DNA of 64,000 nucleotides, taken from Smithellaceae bacterium. Lineage in GTDB: Bacteria; Desulfobacterota; Syntrophia; Syntrophales; Smithellaceae. The notes under the pieces were generated by a model. It had not been told where the DNA came from. It did no database searches and saw nothing but the letters and a program-made list of their open reading frames with translations. Position numbers and translations under genes: made by a program. The stretch is taken from positions 354,804 through 418,803 of the forward strand of contig OY820932.1 of NCBI GenBank assembly GCA_963682015.1, read 5' to 3'. Shown piece by piece: positions 39,246 to 47,973 of this stretch. How positions within the stretch are numbered: the stretch's first letter is position 1; each line of letters begins with the position of its first letter.

Positions 39246-41294
39246 TCATGATTTGCCTTTCTTAAGGATTTCGATCTCTCTCAAACTACGCAAAGCATCC
39301 TGATCGTCAGGCTTAATTTGTAACACCTTTCTGTATTGCTCAGAAGCCTCTTCATATCTCTTCATCTTTTTCAACAAATTACCCAAATTATTACGTCCCG
39401 GAACATGCCGAGTGTCTATACTTATCACTTGCTGAAAGTCTCCGATAGCGTCATTGTATCTGCCAAGAAAGGCAAACGATACCCCTCGATATAAGTATGC
39501 CTCGGCAAATTGCGGCTTAATATCCAGTGTTGTGGTAAAATCAGAAATCGCATTTATATACTGCCCTGAAGTGTTATAAATAATCCCCCGATTAAAATAT
39601 GCCTCGGCAAGCTGCGGATTGATTTTCAACGCCCGGTTTAGATCAGCAAATGCTTTTTTGTAATCCCCTTTTAAATGTAAAGCCAGCCCTCTATTATTAT
39701 ATGCATCCGCCATTTCAGGCTCAATTCTGATTGTTTCCGTAAAGTCCGCAATCGCCGCATCCAGTTGACCGGTTTTAAGATATAGGAGGCCCCGATTATA
39801 ATAGATATCGGCAAATCTTGGATTAATGCTTTGCGCGTGATTAAAATCGATCAAAGCACGAGAATACTCGCTCATGCCTGTATACAGAATGGCTCTGTTA
39901 ATGAAAGCCTCAACAAATTTTTTTTCCAATTCTATGGCAGTGTTATAATCAGCCAGTGCCAGATTATTCCGGCCTTCTTCAGCATAGGCCAGTCCTCTAA
40001 AATTATAAGCAAAAGCAACTTTATGATGCTTAAGGACATTGTTCCATAGAGCAAACTTATTCCCCCACAGTTGACAATACTGCCAGCAAATAACGGACAA
40101 AAACAATACGACACAAAATGAAAAAATAATAAAACCAGCTCTCAGGTATTTGTTTTGCGATACACAGTCATAAGAATACCAGACCACCATAACAAACAAC
40201 CCTATAAAAGGAACATAAGCGTAACGATCAGCCATTGCTTGGTCACCAACCTGAACAAAACCGATTACGGGCACCATGATTCCAAGAAACCAGAGCCAGC
40301 CGACTAACAGATAAGGTTTTTTTTGATAGTATCTTATGATCAGAAGGGAAAGAAAAACTAAAAAAAGTAGTATCATCAAAAGTTCCCATCCTGCAATATT
40401 GTATCTTGGGTAAAATACGGACAAATCCAAGGGCCAGAACATCTTTTGAATGTATATTCCGTAAGAAGCAATGGCATTTTGAACGCGCAGATGAAAGGGC
40501 AAAGAATCAATGCTTACCACAGCGCCTACCGATTGTTGCGCGTGCATCGTTATTGCACTGAATATTCCCGTTAAAACAAAAAGCGGAATTTTTTCTGCAA
40601 TCAAAAATTTCCATCCGGCTTTCCGGACTTGAACGGATTGTCGATCCTCATTATAGCTTGTATCAATCTCTGTCCGGTTAAACGGCCAGTAATCCATAAG
40701 CAGCAACGCAAACGGCAACGTTACCAGCATCGGCTTGGACATCAGACCCAGTGCAAAACAGAGTATCACCGGCAGGTATCGCTTCCATCCCGGTTTCTCT
40801 GCATACCAGACGTAAAACAGCATGGTCAAAAACCAGAAAAATGTGCTCAACACATTCTTCCGCTCCGCCACCCAAGCTACCGACTCCACATTGATCGGAT
40901 GAACTGCAAATAAAGCCGCCACCAAAGCACTTCGCCACAAGGCTCCGGTCAGACGGTTCAATAACAGAAACAGCAAAATCGTATTGAGAATATGAATGAT
41001 CACACTGGTCCAGTGATGCCCTCCGGCCTTATTCCCGAACAACTGCCAGTCCAGCATGTGCGACAGCATTGTCAAGGGATGCCAGTTAGCGGTTTTAATA
41101 TCCGTGAACGAACTGAACACGGATTGTAAATTGATTCCCGATTTTACATGGTTATTTTGCGTCACATACATATTGTCATCATAGTTTATAAAATTAAAAC
41201 GCTGTACCTGCCAGTAGATGGCAAGAGTCAACATGGACAATACTAGAATGATCATCATTATTTTCCAGCGAAGAGGCAGGAAAAAAACGTGCAT
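39246..41294 (-). CDS. TMTC-like GT-C glycosyltransferase with longer TPR array (copy A)
   Basis: FINYDD, NWHPL, HPINVESVAWVAERK, ADRYAY; about eight TPRs of the AY.NRG type. Confidence 0.8.
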   Translation of the reverse strand: MHVFFLPLRWKIMMIILVLSMLTLAIYWQVQRFNFINYDDNMYVTQNNHVKSGINLQSVFSSFTDIKTANWHPLTMLSHMLDWQLFGNKAGGHHWTSVIIHILNTILLFLLLNRLTGALWRSALVAALFAVHPINVESVAWVAERKNVLSTFFWFLTMLFYVWYAEKPGWKRYLPVILCFALGLMSKPMLVTLPFALLLMDYWPFNRTEIDTSYNEDRQSVQVRKAGWKFLIAEKIPLFVLTGIFSAITMHAQQSVGAVVSIDSLPFHLRVQNAIASYGIYIQKMFWPLDLSVFYPRYNIAGWELLMILLFLVFLSLLIIRYYQKKPYLLVGWLWFLGIMVPVIGFVQVGDQAMADRYAYVPFIGLFVMVVWYSYDCVSQNKYLRAGFIIFSFCVVLFLSVICWQYCQLWGNKFALWNNVLKHHKVAFAYNFRGLAYAEEGRNNLALADYNTAIELEKKFVEAFINRAILYTGMSEYSRALIDFNHAQSINPRFADIYYNRGLLYLKTGQLDAAIADFTETIRIEPEMADAYNNRGLALHLKGDYKKAFADLNRALKINPQLAEAYFNRGIIYNTSGQYINAISDFTTTLDIKPQFAEAYLYRGVSFAFLGRYNDAIGDFQQVISIDTRHVPGRNNLGNLLKKMKRYEEASEQYRKVLQIKPDDQDALRSLREIEILKKGKS

Positions 41295-41360
41295 AAATCA
41301 CTCCTCATGGAATCGGAGAATGGAATTATAACAACACGATAATTTCAGATATTGTGATGT

Positions 41361-41394
41361 AAAAAAAGGCTGTTATCGAAATAACAGCCTTTTT
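41361..41394 (-). terminator. Terminator after pilin 2
   Basis: AAAAAGGCTGTTAT-ttcg-ATAACAGCCTTTTTTT on the minus strand. Confidence 0.85.
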
Positions 41395-41416
41395 CAGAAT
41401 AATTAACTGATAATTA

Positions 41417-41779
41417 TTATTCAATATTTCCATCCGTATTAATACTGTACGTTGCAGTACCTGCCAAATGATAGGCGGACGCACCGGTCATTTTCTGTGT
41501 CCCCGCAGTTGTAATAATTACATCACCCGTTTGTGTAAACGTATCAGCAACGGTGCTAAGATTACAATCTTGAGTGCTATGCGTTGCAAAATACGCCTGA
41601 CAGGCTGTATAAAAACTTCTTAATTCGGCCTTAGCGCTGGTATTGTAACCTTTCTGCCTGTAGGAAACAAATTGCGGGATGGCAATGGCGGCCAGAATGC
41701 CAATGATTGCAATGACGATCATCAATTCGATCAGCGTAAAACCTCTCTGGTTAAATTTTCTGCGAATTGCTTTTATCAT
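41417..41779 (-). CDS. pilA: Type IVa pilin 2 (107-aa mature)
   Basis: Class III signal ...QRG|[22 protein letters not shown]; RBS GGAGG before the ATG at 41779. Confidence 0.92.
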   Translation of the reverse strand: MIKAIRRKFNQRGFTLIELMIVIAIIGILAAIAIPQFVSYRQKGYNTSAKAELRSFYTACQAYFATHSTQDCNLSTVADTFTQTGDVIITTAGTQKMTGASAYHLAGTATYSINTDGNIE

Positions 41780-41847
41780 AACCACCCTCCGTGCAACCAA
41801 AAACCATCTTACAAACCATTAACCTATACATTCCTGGGATCAGTTTG

Positions 41848-41882
41848 AAAAAAAAGGCTGGTATAAACATTAACCAGCCTTT
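41848..41882 (-). terminator. Terminator between the two pilins
   Basis: AAAGGCTGGT...ACCAGCCTTTTTTTT on the minus strand. Confidence 0.8.
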
Positions 41883-41912
41883 CTTGATTTTTACATTTTA
41901 CATCCTTACCGA

Positions 41913-42281
41913 CTAAGGTGTAATATTGCCGCTTGCGCCAACCGTATAAGTCTGCGTTCCAGCAGTATGAACCGCAGTAGCACCTACCAGCGTCTGACCT
42001 CCAATTGTTGTAATTGCAACATCTCCAGAGTTAATAAACGTTGCTGTTATCGTACCCAAAGTGCAATCGGTTCTTGTCGGACTATCAGCAAAATAAGCCT
42101 GGCAGGCTGTATAATAACTCTTTAACTCGCCCTTTGCCTTGGTGTTGTATCCCTTCTGCCTGTATGCAACAAACTGCGGGATGGCGATCGCCGCCAGAAT
42201 ACCGATAATTGCGATAACAATCATCAACTCAATCAATGTAAAACCTTTCTGACCTGATTTTCTACGAAATACTTTCAACAT
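41913..42281 (-). CDS. pilA: Type IVa pilin 1 (109-aa mature), probable major pilin
   Basis: ...QKG|[22 protein letters not shown]; RBS AGGAGG; sigma-54 promoter upstream. Confidence 0.94.
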   Translation of the reverse strand: MLKVFRRKSGQKGFTLIELMIVIAIIGILAAIAIPQFVAYRQKGYNTKAKGELKSYYTACQAYFADSPTRTDCTLGTITATFINSGDVAITTIGGQTLVGATAVHTAGTQTYTVGASGNITP

Positions 42282-42433
42282 AGCAGTCCTCCTTGTTTAA
42301 TTAAGTGTTTTATTTGGTTGCCTTTGTTCGTATATTCATTACATAAGAACTTTTTTTTTTCAATCTTTAATTTGTTAACTGTTTTACCTCCTGCATTTTT
42401 ATATAAATCATCATTTCTCTCAGTCTTTCGTAA

Positions 42434-42449
42434 AGCAATGGGTATGCCA
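42434..42449 (-). promoter_or_regulatory. Sigma-54 (-24/-12) promoter of the pilin locus
   Basis: Minus strand TGGCATACCCATTGCT, with GG-N10-GC spacing, about 150 bp upstream of pilin 1. Confidence 0.8.
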
Positions 42450-42700
42450 AATAAAACTGATTATTTATTCATTACAATTATCAAATGCTTAGAAATTTAT
42501 AGTGACGAATATCACCCTAAAAAAACAGAATGTTTGTATAAAAACAGGTCATTTTCACCAAACAATTGTCAATTTGCACTATCCCGTTTAATCTGTTTTC
42601 CCCTTGATGAAAATGTGATAATAAATTAGCAGGATTGATAAATATTAAAAAAATGCCTCGTCATTGCGCCACGCGCACTGACAGGCAATGATTGGGCATT

Positions 42701-43072
42701 ATGTTTGAAGTCTCCATTATCAAATCTTTTTCCGCCGCGCATTTACTGGCTGAAATCGGAGGCAAGTGCGAAGAATTGCACGGCCATAACTTCAAGGTGG
42801 AAGTCACTGTCGGCGCCCCTGAATTGAATTCCGAAGGAATTCTGATTGATTTCAGGATGGTAAAAAAATGGCTCAAAGACATTCTGGACCGTATGGATCA
42901 CCAGCACTTGAATAATCTTCCTTTTTTTGCCGGTCAAAATCCTTCTTCGGAAAACCTTGCGTATTACATCTATCAGGAAATGCAGGACAGCATTCAGAAA
43001 TCCGGCGTCAAGATGGTGCGGGTAAAAGTCTGGGAATCGGAAAACGCGTCAGTAACCTATAGAGGAGAATAG
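42701..43072 (+). CDS. queD: 6-carboxy-5,6,7,8-tetrahydropterin synthase
   Basis: FSAAH, C...HGHN, IDF, DH, PSSEN and WES motifs. Confidence 0.92.
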   Translation: MFEVSIIKSFSAAHLLAEIGGKCEELHGHNFKVEVTVGAPELNSEGILIDFRMVKKWLKDILDRMDHQHLNNLPFFAGQNPSSENLAYYIYQEMQDSIQKSGVKMVRVKVWESENASVTYRGE

Positions 43073-43146
43073 GCTGCAGGTTATTAGTAGTTAAAAAATT
43101 TATTTATTCCTAATAGTTAAGCAGTCTTCAGTCTAGCCGGTTAAAA

Positions 43147-43914
43147 ATGATAGATATTCAAAACCAAAAGGATTTTCGAAAAATCGACATCAAGAAGGTC
43201 GGCGTAAAAAACATCAAATACCCGATTATAGTGCTGGACCGTACACGGGGCACTCAGCCGGTAAACGCCACCATTAACATGTATGTCAATCTTCCCCATC
43301 ACTTCAAGGGCACGCACATGAGTCGGTTCGTGGAAGTGCTCAATGACTTTCGCGGTCAGGTCAATATTAAAACCTTTCAGACGATTCTGGGGAAAATGCG
43401 GCAGAAGCTTCGCGCACAGTCCGCGCACATGGAAATCGAATTCCCTTATTTTTTAAAAAAAACGGCACCCGTTTCCGGAGCCAAAAGCATGATGGAATAC
43501 CGCTGTCTGTTCACCGGAGAAAGTAACGGCGAGCAAACTGACTTTCTGGTGGGAGTCGTTGTGCCGGTTACTACCTTGTGCCCCTGCTCCAAGGAAATCA
43601 GCGCCTTCGGAGCGCACAATCAGCGAAGCATCGTTACCGTCAAAGTCCGCTTTCGAAAATTCTTCTGGATCGAAGATCTGATAAAAACAGTGGAAGATTC
43701 GGCCAGTGGTGAGGTATATTCCCTGCTTAAGCGCGTGGATGAAAAATTTGTCACGGAAAAGGCGTACAAAAACCCAAAATTTGTAGAAGATCTGGTTCGC
43801 AGCGTGGCCGTGAAACTCAATACTGATGATAATTTCACCTGGTACAGCATCGAAGCGGAAAACTTTGAAAGTATCCACAATCACAGTGCTTATGCCTATG
43901 TCGAGAAAGGATAG
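43147..43914 (+). CDS. folE2: GTP cyclohydrolase IB
   Basis: [29 protein letters not shown]. Confidence 0.95.
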   Translation: MIDIQNQKDFRKIDIKKVGVKNIKYPIIVLDRTRGTQPVNATINMYVNLPHHFKGTHMSRFVEVLNDFRGQVNIKTFQTILGKMRQKLRAQSAHMEIEFPYFLKKTAPVSGAKSMMEYRCLFTGESNGEQTDFLVGVVVPVTTLCPCSKEISAFGAHNQRSIVTVKVRFRKFFWIEDLIKTVEDSASGEVYSLLKRVDEKFVTEKAYKNPKFVEDLVRSVAVKLNTDDNFTWYSIEAENFESIHNHSAYAYVEKG

Positions 43915-43918
43915 ACCA

Positions 43919-45982
43919 ATGGCCGCCAATCCTTTTTTTAATCTCTACCATCATGGATTTATCCGAGCCGCCGTTTGCATTCCCGAAGTCAGAATTGCCG
44001 ACGTGCCATTTAATGTATCCCGGACCATTTCGCTGGCTAAAAAAGCGTCAAAAGAAAAAGCAATCCTGGCCATATTTCCTGAGCTGGGACTTTCCGCTTA
44101 TTCCAACGAAGATTTATTTCATCAGGATGCCCTGCTCACAAGCATTGAAGATGCCCTGGTCTCTATTCGAAAAGCATCCGCAAAATTAAATCTAATTTTT
44201 AGCTGCGGTGCGCCGTTACGGGTGGATTGCCGCCTGTTCAATTGCGCCGTAATCTTTTACCGGGGTAAAATTCTCGGCGTTGCGGTCAAATCCTATCTGC
44301 CAAATTACCGTGAATACTATGAAGGCAGGCAATTTGCGCCAGCTTCGGCAGCGCTAACCTCAACCATCAGCCTGGCCGGCCAGAAAGATATTCCCTTTGG
44401 GGCAAATCTGCTTTTCAAAGCCATCAATGTAAAAAATTTTAATTTATTCTTCGAGATCTGCGAGGACGTCTGGGCACCGATTCCTCCTTCGAGCTTTGCC
44501 GCAATGGCGGGTGCAACAATCATCGGCAATCTTTCGGCATCCAACATCACTATTGGTAAATCCGAATACCGCCATCAACTGGCCGCAAACCAGTCGGCTC
44601 GCTGCTTATCCGCTTATCTTTACGCCGCTGCAGGCTTTGGCGAATCTACAACCGATCTGGCCTGGGATGGTCATGCAATGATTTATGAAAACGGCAACCT
44701 GCTTTCGGAATCGAAACGTTTTTCAAAGTCAGAGCAGCTGATTTGCGGCGACATCGACCTCGACCGTCTGGCCCAGGACCGGATACGGCTGACCACCTTT
44801 GGGCAAAACGCGGCGGACCATAAAAATAAAATCTCCGGATTTCAAACTATCGAGTTTGATGTGGAATACCCGAAAGGACGGCTGCTGCCGGACCGCGAAA
44901 TCCCGCGCTTTCCATATATCCCGGCAGACCCGGGCAAACGCGACCAGCGCTGCTATGAGGCGTACAATATCCAGGTTCAGGGGCTGGCCCAGCGGCTCAA
45001 ATCTTCCGGCATCCCGAACCTGGTGATCGGCGTATCCGGGGGGCTTGATTCCACTCACGCCCTGATTGTGGCAGCCAAGACCATGGATTTGCTGAGCAGG
45101 TCACGAAAACAGGTCAAAGCCTACACCATGCCGGCTTTCGGAACAACCGATAAGACATATCGTAACGCCGTCAACCTGATGAAAGCTCTGGGTGTCGAAG
45201 ACAACGAAGTTGACATTAAGCCGGCCTGCCTTCAGATGCTCAGAGATATCGGTCATCCATTCATACACGGCAAGAAAGTTTATGACATCGCCTTTGAAAA
45301 CGTGCAGGCCGGACAGCGTTCGGCACACCTGTTCAGGCTGGCCAATATGAAAAACGCTCTGGTTGTCGGCACGGGCGATTTAAGTGAACTGGCACTGGGC
45401 TGGAGCACGTACGGCATCGGTGATCACATGTCGCATTACAATGTCAACGCCAGTGTCCCCAAAACGTTGATCCAGTATTTAATCCGCTGGGTCGCTCAAA
45501 CTCATCAGTTTTCAGCCGAGGTCTCGGGCATTCTTCTGGCGGTTCTGGCAACGGAAATTTCTCCGGAACTGATCCCCGGTGAAAAAGATCAGCAACCTGC
45601 ACAGAAAACGGAGGCAACTATCGGCCCTTACGAATTACAGGATTTTAATAATTTTTATATTACCCGTTTTGGTTATCTGCCGACAAAAGTGGCCTTCATG
45701 GCCTGGCTGGCCTGGAGGGATAAAACAAAAGGAGCCTGGCCGGATGTACCCGCTGATAAACAAAATAGTTACAGCCTTAAAGAAATCAAGAAATGGCTTT
45801 ATGTATATTTAACCCGGTTTTTCAAAACATCCCAGTACAAGCGATCCTGCGTCCCCAACAGCCCCAAGGTGGGATCGGGCGGATCATTGTCACCGCGAGG
45901 CGACTGGCGCGCACCCAGCGATAGTGAAGCAATCGTGTGGCTTGCCAACTGGAAGGAGATTCCGGACAGGGACCGTGCATAA
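43919..45982 (+). CDS. nadE: Glutamine-dependent NAD+ synthetase
   Basis: Nitrilase domain ([20 protein letters not shown]) plus synthetase domain (SGGLDS, ENVQA, GTGDLSE). Confidence 0.95.
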   Translation: MAANPFFNLYHHGFIRAAVCIPEVRIADVPFNVSRTISLAKKASKEKAILAIFPELGLSAYSNEDLFHQDALLTSIEDALVSIRKASAKLNLIFSCGAPLRVDCRLFNCAVIFYRGKILGVAVKSYLPNYREYYEGRQFAPASAALTSTISLAGQKDIPFGANLLFKAINVKNFNLFFEICEDVWAPIPPSSFAAMAGATIIGNLSASNITIGKSEYRHQLAANQSARCLSAYLYAAAGFGESTTDLAWDGHAMIYENGNLLSESKRFSKSEQLICGDIDLDRLAQDRIRLTTFGQNAADHKNKISGFQTIEFDVEYPKGRLLPDREIPRFPYIPADPGKRDQRCYEAYNIQVQGLAQRLKSSGIPNLVIGVSGGLDSTHALIVAAKTMDLLSRSRKQVKAYTMPAFGTTDKTYRNAVNLMKALGVEDNEVDIKPACLQMLRDIGHPFIHGKKVYDIAFENVQAGQRSAHLFRLANMKNALVVGTGDLSELALGWSTYGIGDHMSHYNVNASVPKTLIQYLIRWVAQTHQFSAEVSGILLAVLATEISPELIPGEKDQQPAQKTEATIGPYELQDFNNFYITRFGYLPTKVAFMAWLAWRDKTKGAWPDVPADKQNSYSLKEIKKWLYVYLTRFFKTSQYKRSCVPNSPKVGSGGSLSPRGDWRAPSDSEAIVWLANWKEIPDRDRA

Positions 45983-46179
45983 TGAAACCCTCTTACAAAG
46001 ATTTTGATGCCACGGAACTATTCTGCCCGCAATGCCGGCGCGCCGTGCCGGTGCGTAAAAGATTATTGCTGGTTCTTGCCGAAGGAGACAAATATGATTA
46101 CAGTTGTGTTTACTGTGGAACATCTGTAGGCGACAAACTCGTAAAAGAAAACGCAACCACAAAAATTCTGTTTCGATAA
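45982..46179 (+). CDS. Small zinc-ribbon protein
   Basis: 65 aa with CPQC and CVYC; the ATG overlaps the nadE stop (TAATG). Confidence 0.75.
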   Translation: MKPSYKDFDATELFCPQCRRAVPVRKRLLLVLAEGDKYDYSCVYCGTSVGDKLVKENATTKILFR

Positions 46180-46182
46180 AGC

Positions 46183-46644
46183 CTATTTTTTCTTTTGCAG
46201 TGCCTGCTTTAACTTCTGCGCCAGAAGTCCTTCACCTTCGACAGGCAATCTTTGGCTTTCTCCGTAAACCAGCCCCACATCCCGGCTTGACCTGGCTTCA
46301 CTCAGGCATTCCGATAACACTTCCCGGCTATGTACATCTTCATGGCAATATACACAAAGGTTTTCCCAGTTACTGCCGTCGGAAGGATTGTTATCGTGAT
46401 TTCCGTCTTTATGATGAACTGTTAACAGCTGGCGATTCTGTCCCGAAAAATCCCGGCCGCAACGGGCGCAAACAAGGCCATGGAGACGTAGAGATTTTTC
46501 ACGGTAATCCTCGCCGCCTTCTGCTATGGCGGCGTTTTTCATTTCCCGCACGGTATCTTCCACGGATTTCTGCGCATCGACCGTCAACGTTTTTTTTGAA
46601 ACAGCAACGCGTCCCCATTTATTGGAAAAGGTCATTTTGGCCAT
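46183..46644 (-). CDS. yajD: YajD-family HNH nuclease
   Basis: YREKSL...CARC...LTVHHKD.NHDNN..DGSNWENLCVYCH. Confidence 0.85.
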   Translation of the reverse strand: MAKMTFSNKWGRVAVSKKTLTVDAQKSVEDTVREMKNAAIAEGGEDYREKSLRLHGLVCARCGRDFSGQNRQLLTVHHKDGNHDNNPSDGSNWENLCVYCHEDVHSREVLSECLSEARSSRDVGLVYGESQRLPVEGEGLLAQKLKQALQKKK

Positions 46645-46653
46645 GAAGATTCC

Positions 46654-47043
46654 CTACAATCTGCCTGTCAACACTTTGAAAAATATTCTGGCGCCTTTGA
46701 TGAGGGCAATTGCTTCCGTTATTTTCCGGAATGCAGGAGTCTGGATCGCTAAAGGAGAAATCGTTTCCACTCCTGACACGACTTGATGCAAAGCGGACTG
46801 CAAACGTTGAGAGGTTTCGGCATACTTTTGAACCTGGTCGTTGATCGCTGTTGTCGACTGATTAATACTGGTGGAAATTTCCTCCATGTTTTTCAAAATC
46901 AGCGGCAATCGCTCATTCAATGCCTTCAGGGTTAAAGTGACATCGCTCGCTGCACGCCATAATTTCAACAGGATCGGGATACAAAATGCCACCAGCAGGA
47001 GCAAGGCAATGCCAAACAATAACAAACCGATTTCCAGATACAT
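46654..47043 (-). CDS. DUF948-like membrane protein
   Basis: N-terminal TM plus coiled coil, adjacent to a YtxH gene (a common pairing). Confidence 0.7.
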   Translation of the reverse strand: MYLEIGLLLFGIALLLLVAFCIPILLKLWRAASDVTLTLKALNERLPLILKNMEEISTSINQSTTAINDQVQKYAETSQRLQSALHQVVSGVETISPLAIQTPAFRKITEAIALIKGARIFFKVLTGRL

Positions 47044-47107
47044 TTTTCCCTCCCTTCAGAAATTTTTAACTCTTATGGTCAAAACAATTGTAACAATCTT
47101 GATGGAT

Positions 47108-47458
47108 TTAAACCGGATTCTTGTTTTTTTCTTCCCGGTATGCTTCCACACCGGCTTCAAACGCCTTCTTTAAGCGCTCTTTATTATCCGTCAGCGTTCC
47201 GGTCAGTTCATCCACTTTACCCTTTGCTACACCTTCGGCATCTTTTAATCGAAGCAGTGCGGCTTCGTACATTGATTTACTTTTCTCCGCCGCTTTCTCA
47301 TATTCTTCCTTGGCTTTAGCCAGAAATTCGTCAGCCTTGCAGGCAATATCCTGGCGGGTTTCTTTCCCGCTTTTAGGAGCAAATAAAATCCCGATGGCTA
47401 CGCCAACCAGGCCGCCGATGACCAGACCTTTTACCAAATCCCAATCTCTTTCCGCCAT
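47108..47458 (-). CDS. YtxH-domain protein
   Basis: GGLVG...GILFAPKSGKETR motif. Confidence 0.88.
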   Translation of the reverse strand: MAERDWDLVKGLVIGGLVGVAIGILFAPKSGKETRQDIACKADEFLAKAKEEYEKAAEKSKSMYEAALLRLKDAEGVAKGKVDELTGTLTDNKERLKKAFEAGVEAYREEKNKNPV

Positions 47459-47518
47459 AAGGCACCTCCTGATTTTTTGATTTTATAGCATATTTTTTCA
47501 TGGTTAACCATGAAAGAC

Positions 47519-47562
47519 AAAAAAAACCGGGTAACCGATGTTCAAACAAAGGTTACCCGGTT
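47519..47562 (-). terminator. Terminator after the Ala/Pro lipoprotein gene
   Basis: AACCGGGTAACC...GGTTACCCGGTT with an A-run on the + strand. Confidence 0.75.
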
Positions 47563-47588
47563 CTATAATCCTGCAACTGATTATAGCA

Positions 47589-47834
47589 TTATTTTGCCGG
47601 TGCAGGAGCCGGAGCTGCGGGTGCTGCGGGAGCTGCCTGATCAGCCGGAGCCGGAGCTGCGGGTGCTGCGGGAGCTGCCTGATCAGCCGGAGCCGGAGCT
47701 GCGGGAGCTGCGGGAGCCGCAGGAGCTTCCACTTTAGGAGCTTCCTCTTTGGGAGCCTGCTTGCAACCGATAGCGGCAACGGACAAAGAAGCCAACATAA
47801 GCACGCTAACAAAAATGGCTAATACCTTCTTCAT
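47589..47834 (-). CDS. Small Ala/Pro-repeat lipoprotein
   Basis: Signal II ...AIG|C; mature chain almost entirely APA/AAP repeats; RBS AGGAGG. Confidence 0.85.
   Translation of the reverse strand: MKKVLAIFVSVLMLASLSVAAIGCKQAPKEEAPKVEAPAAPAAPAAPAPADQAAPAAPAAPAPADQAAPAAPAAPAPAPAK
47605..47705. repeat. 42-bp coding tandem repeat (about 2.4 copies)
   Basis: GGAGCCGGAGCTGCGGGTGCTGCGGGAGCTGCCTGATCAGCC at 47605 and 47647, partial copy at 47689. Confidence 0.9.
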
Positions 47835-47893
47835 TAGAGCATTCCTCCTTTCAAGATTTTAGTGTTACTCACACTAGTGGTGTTCGTTGGGGA

Positions 47894-47921
47894 ACAATAC
47901 GCCTTTTTTTTGCCTTGTCAA
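47894..47921 (-). promoter_or_regulatory. Sigma-70-type promoter of the lipoprotein gene
   Basis: TTGACA-N16-TATTGT on the minus strand. Confidence 0.5.
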
Positions 47922-47973
47922 GAGATATTTAAACATATATAAGTAACAAAAATTGATCTCAAAGGACGCTACA

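Noticed and set aside
42318-42629. 103-aa ORF upstream of pilin 1
   Set aside because: AT-rich low-complexity frame overlapping the sigma-54 promoter region; no RBS.
46183-46644. HNH nuclease as a defence or homing element
   Set aside because: It matches the conserved YajD type, with no methylase, intron or defence neighbours.
47589-47834. Ala/Pro lipoprotein as an O-glycosylation substrate
   Set aside because: The mature chain contains no Ser or Thr.
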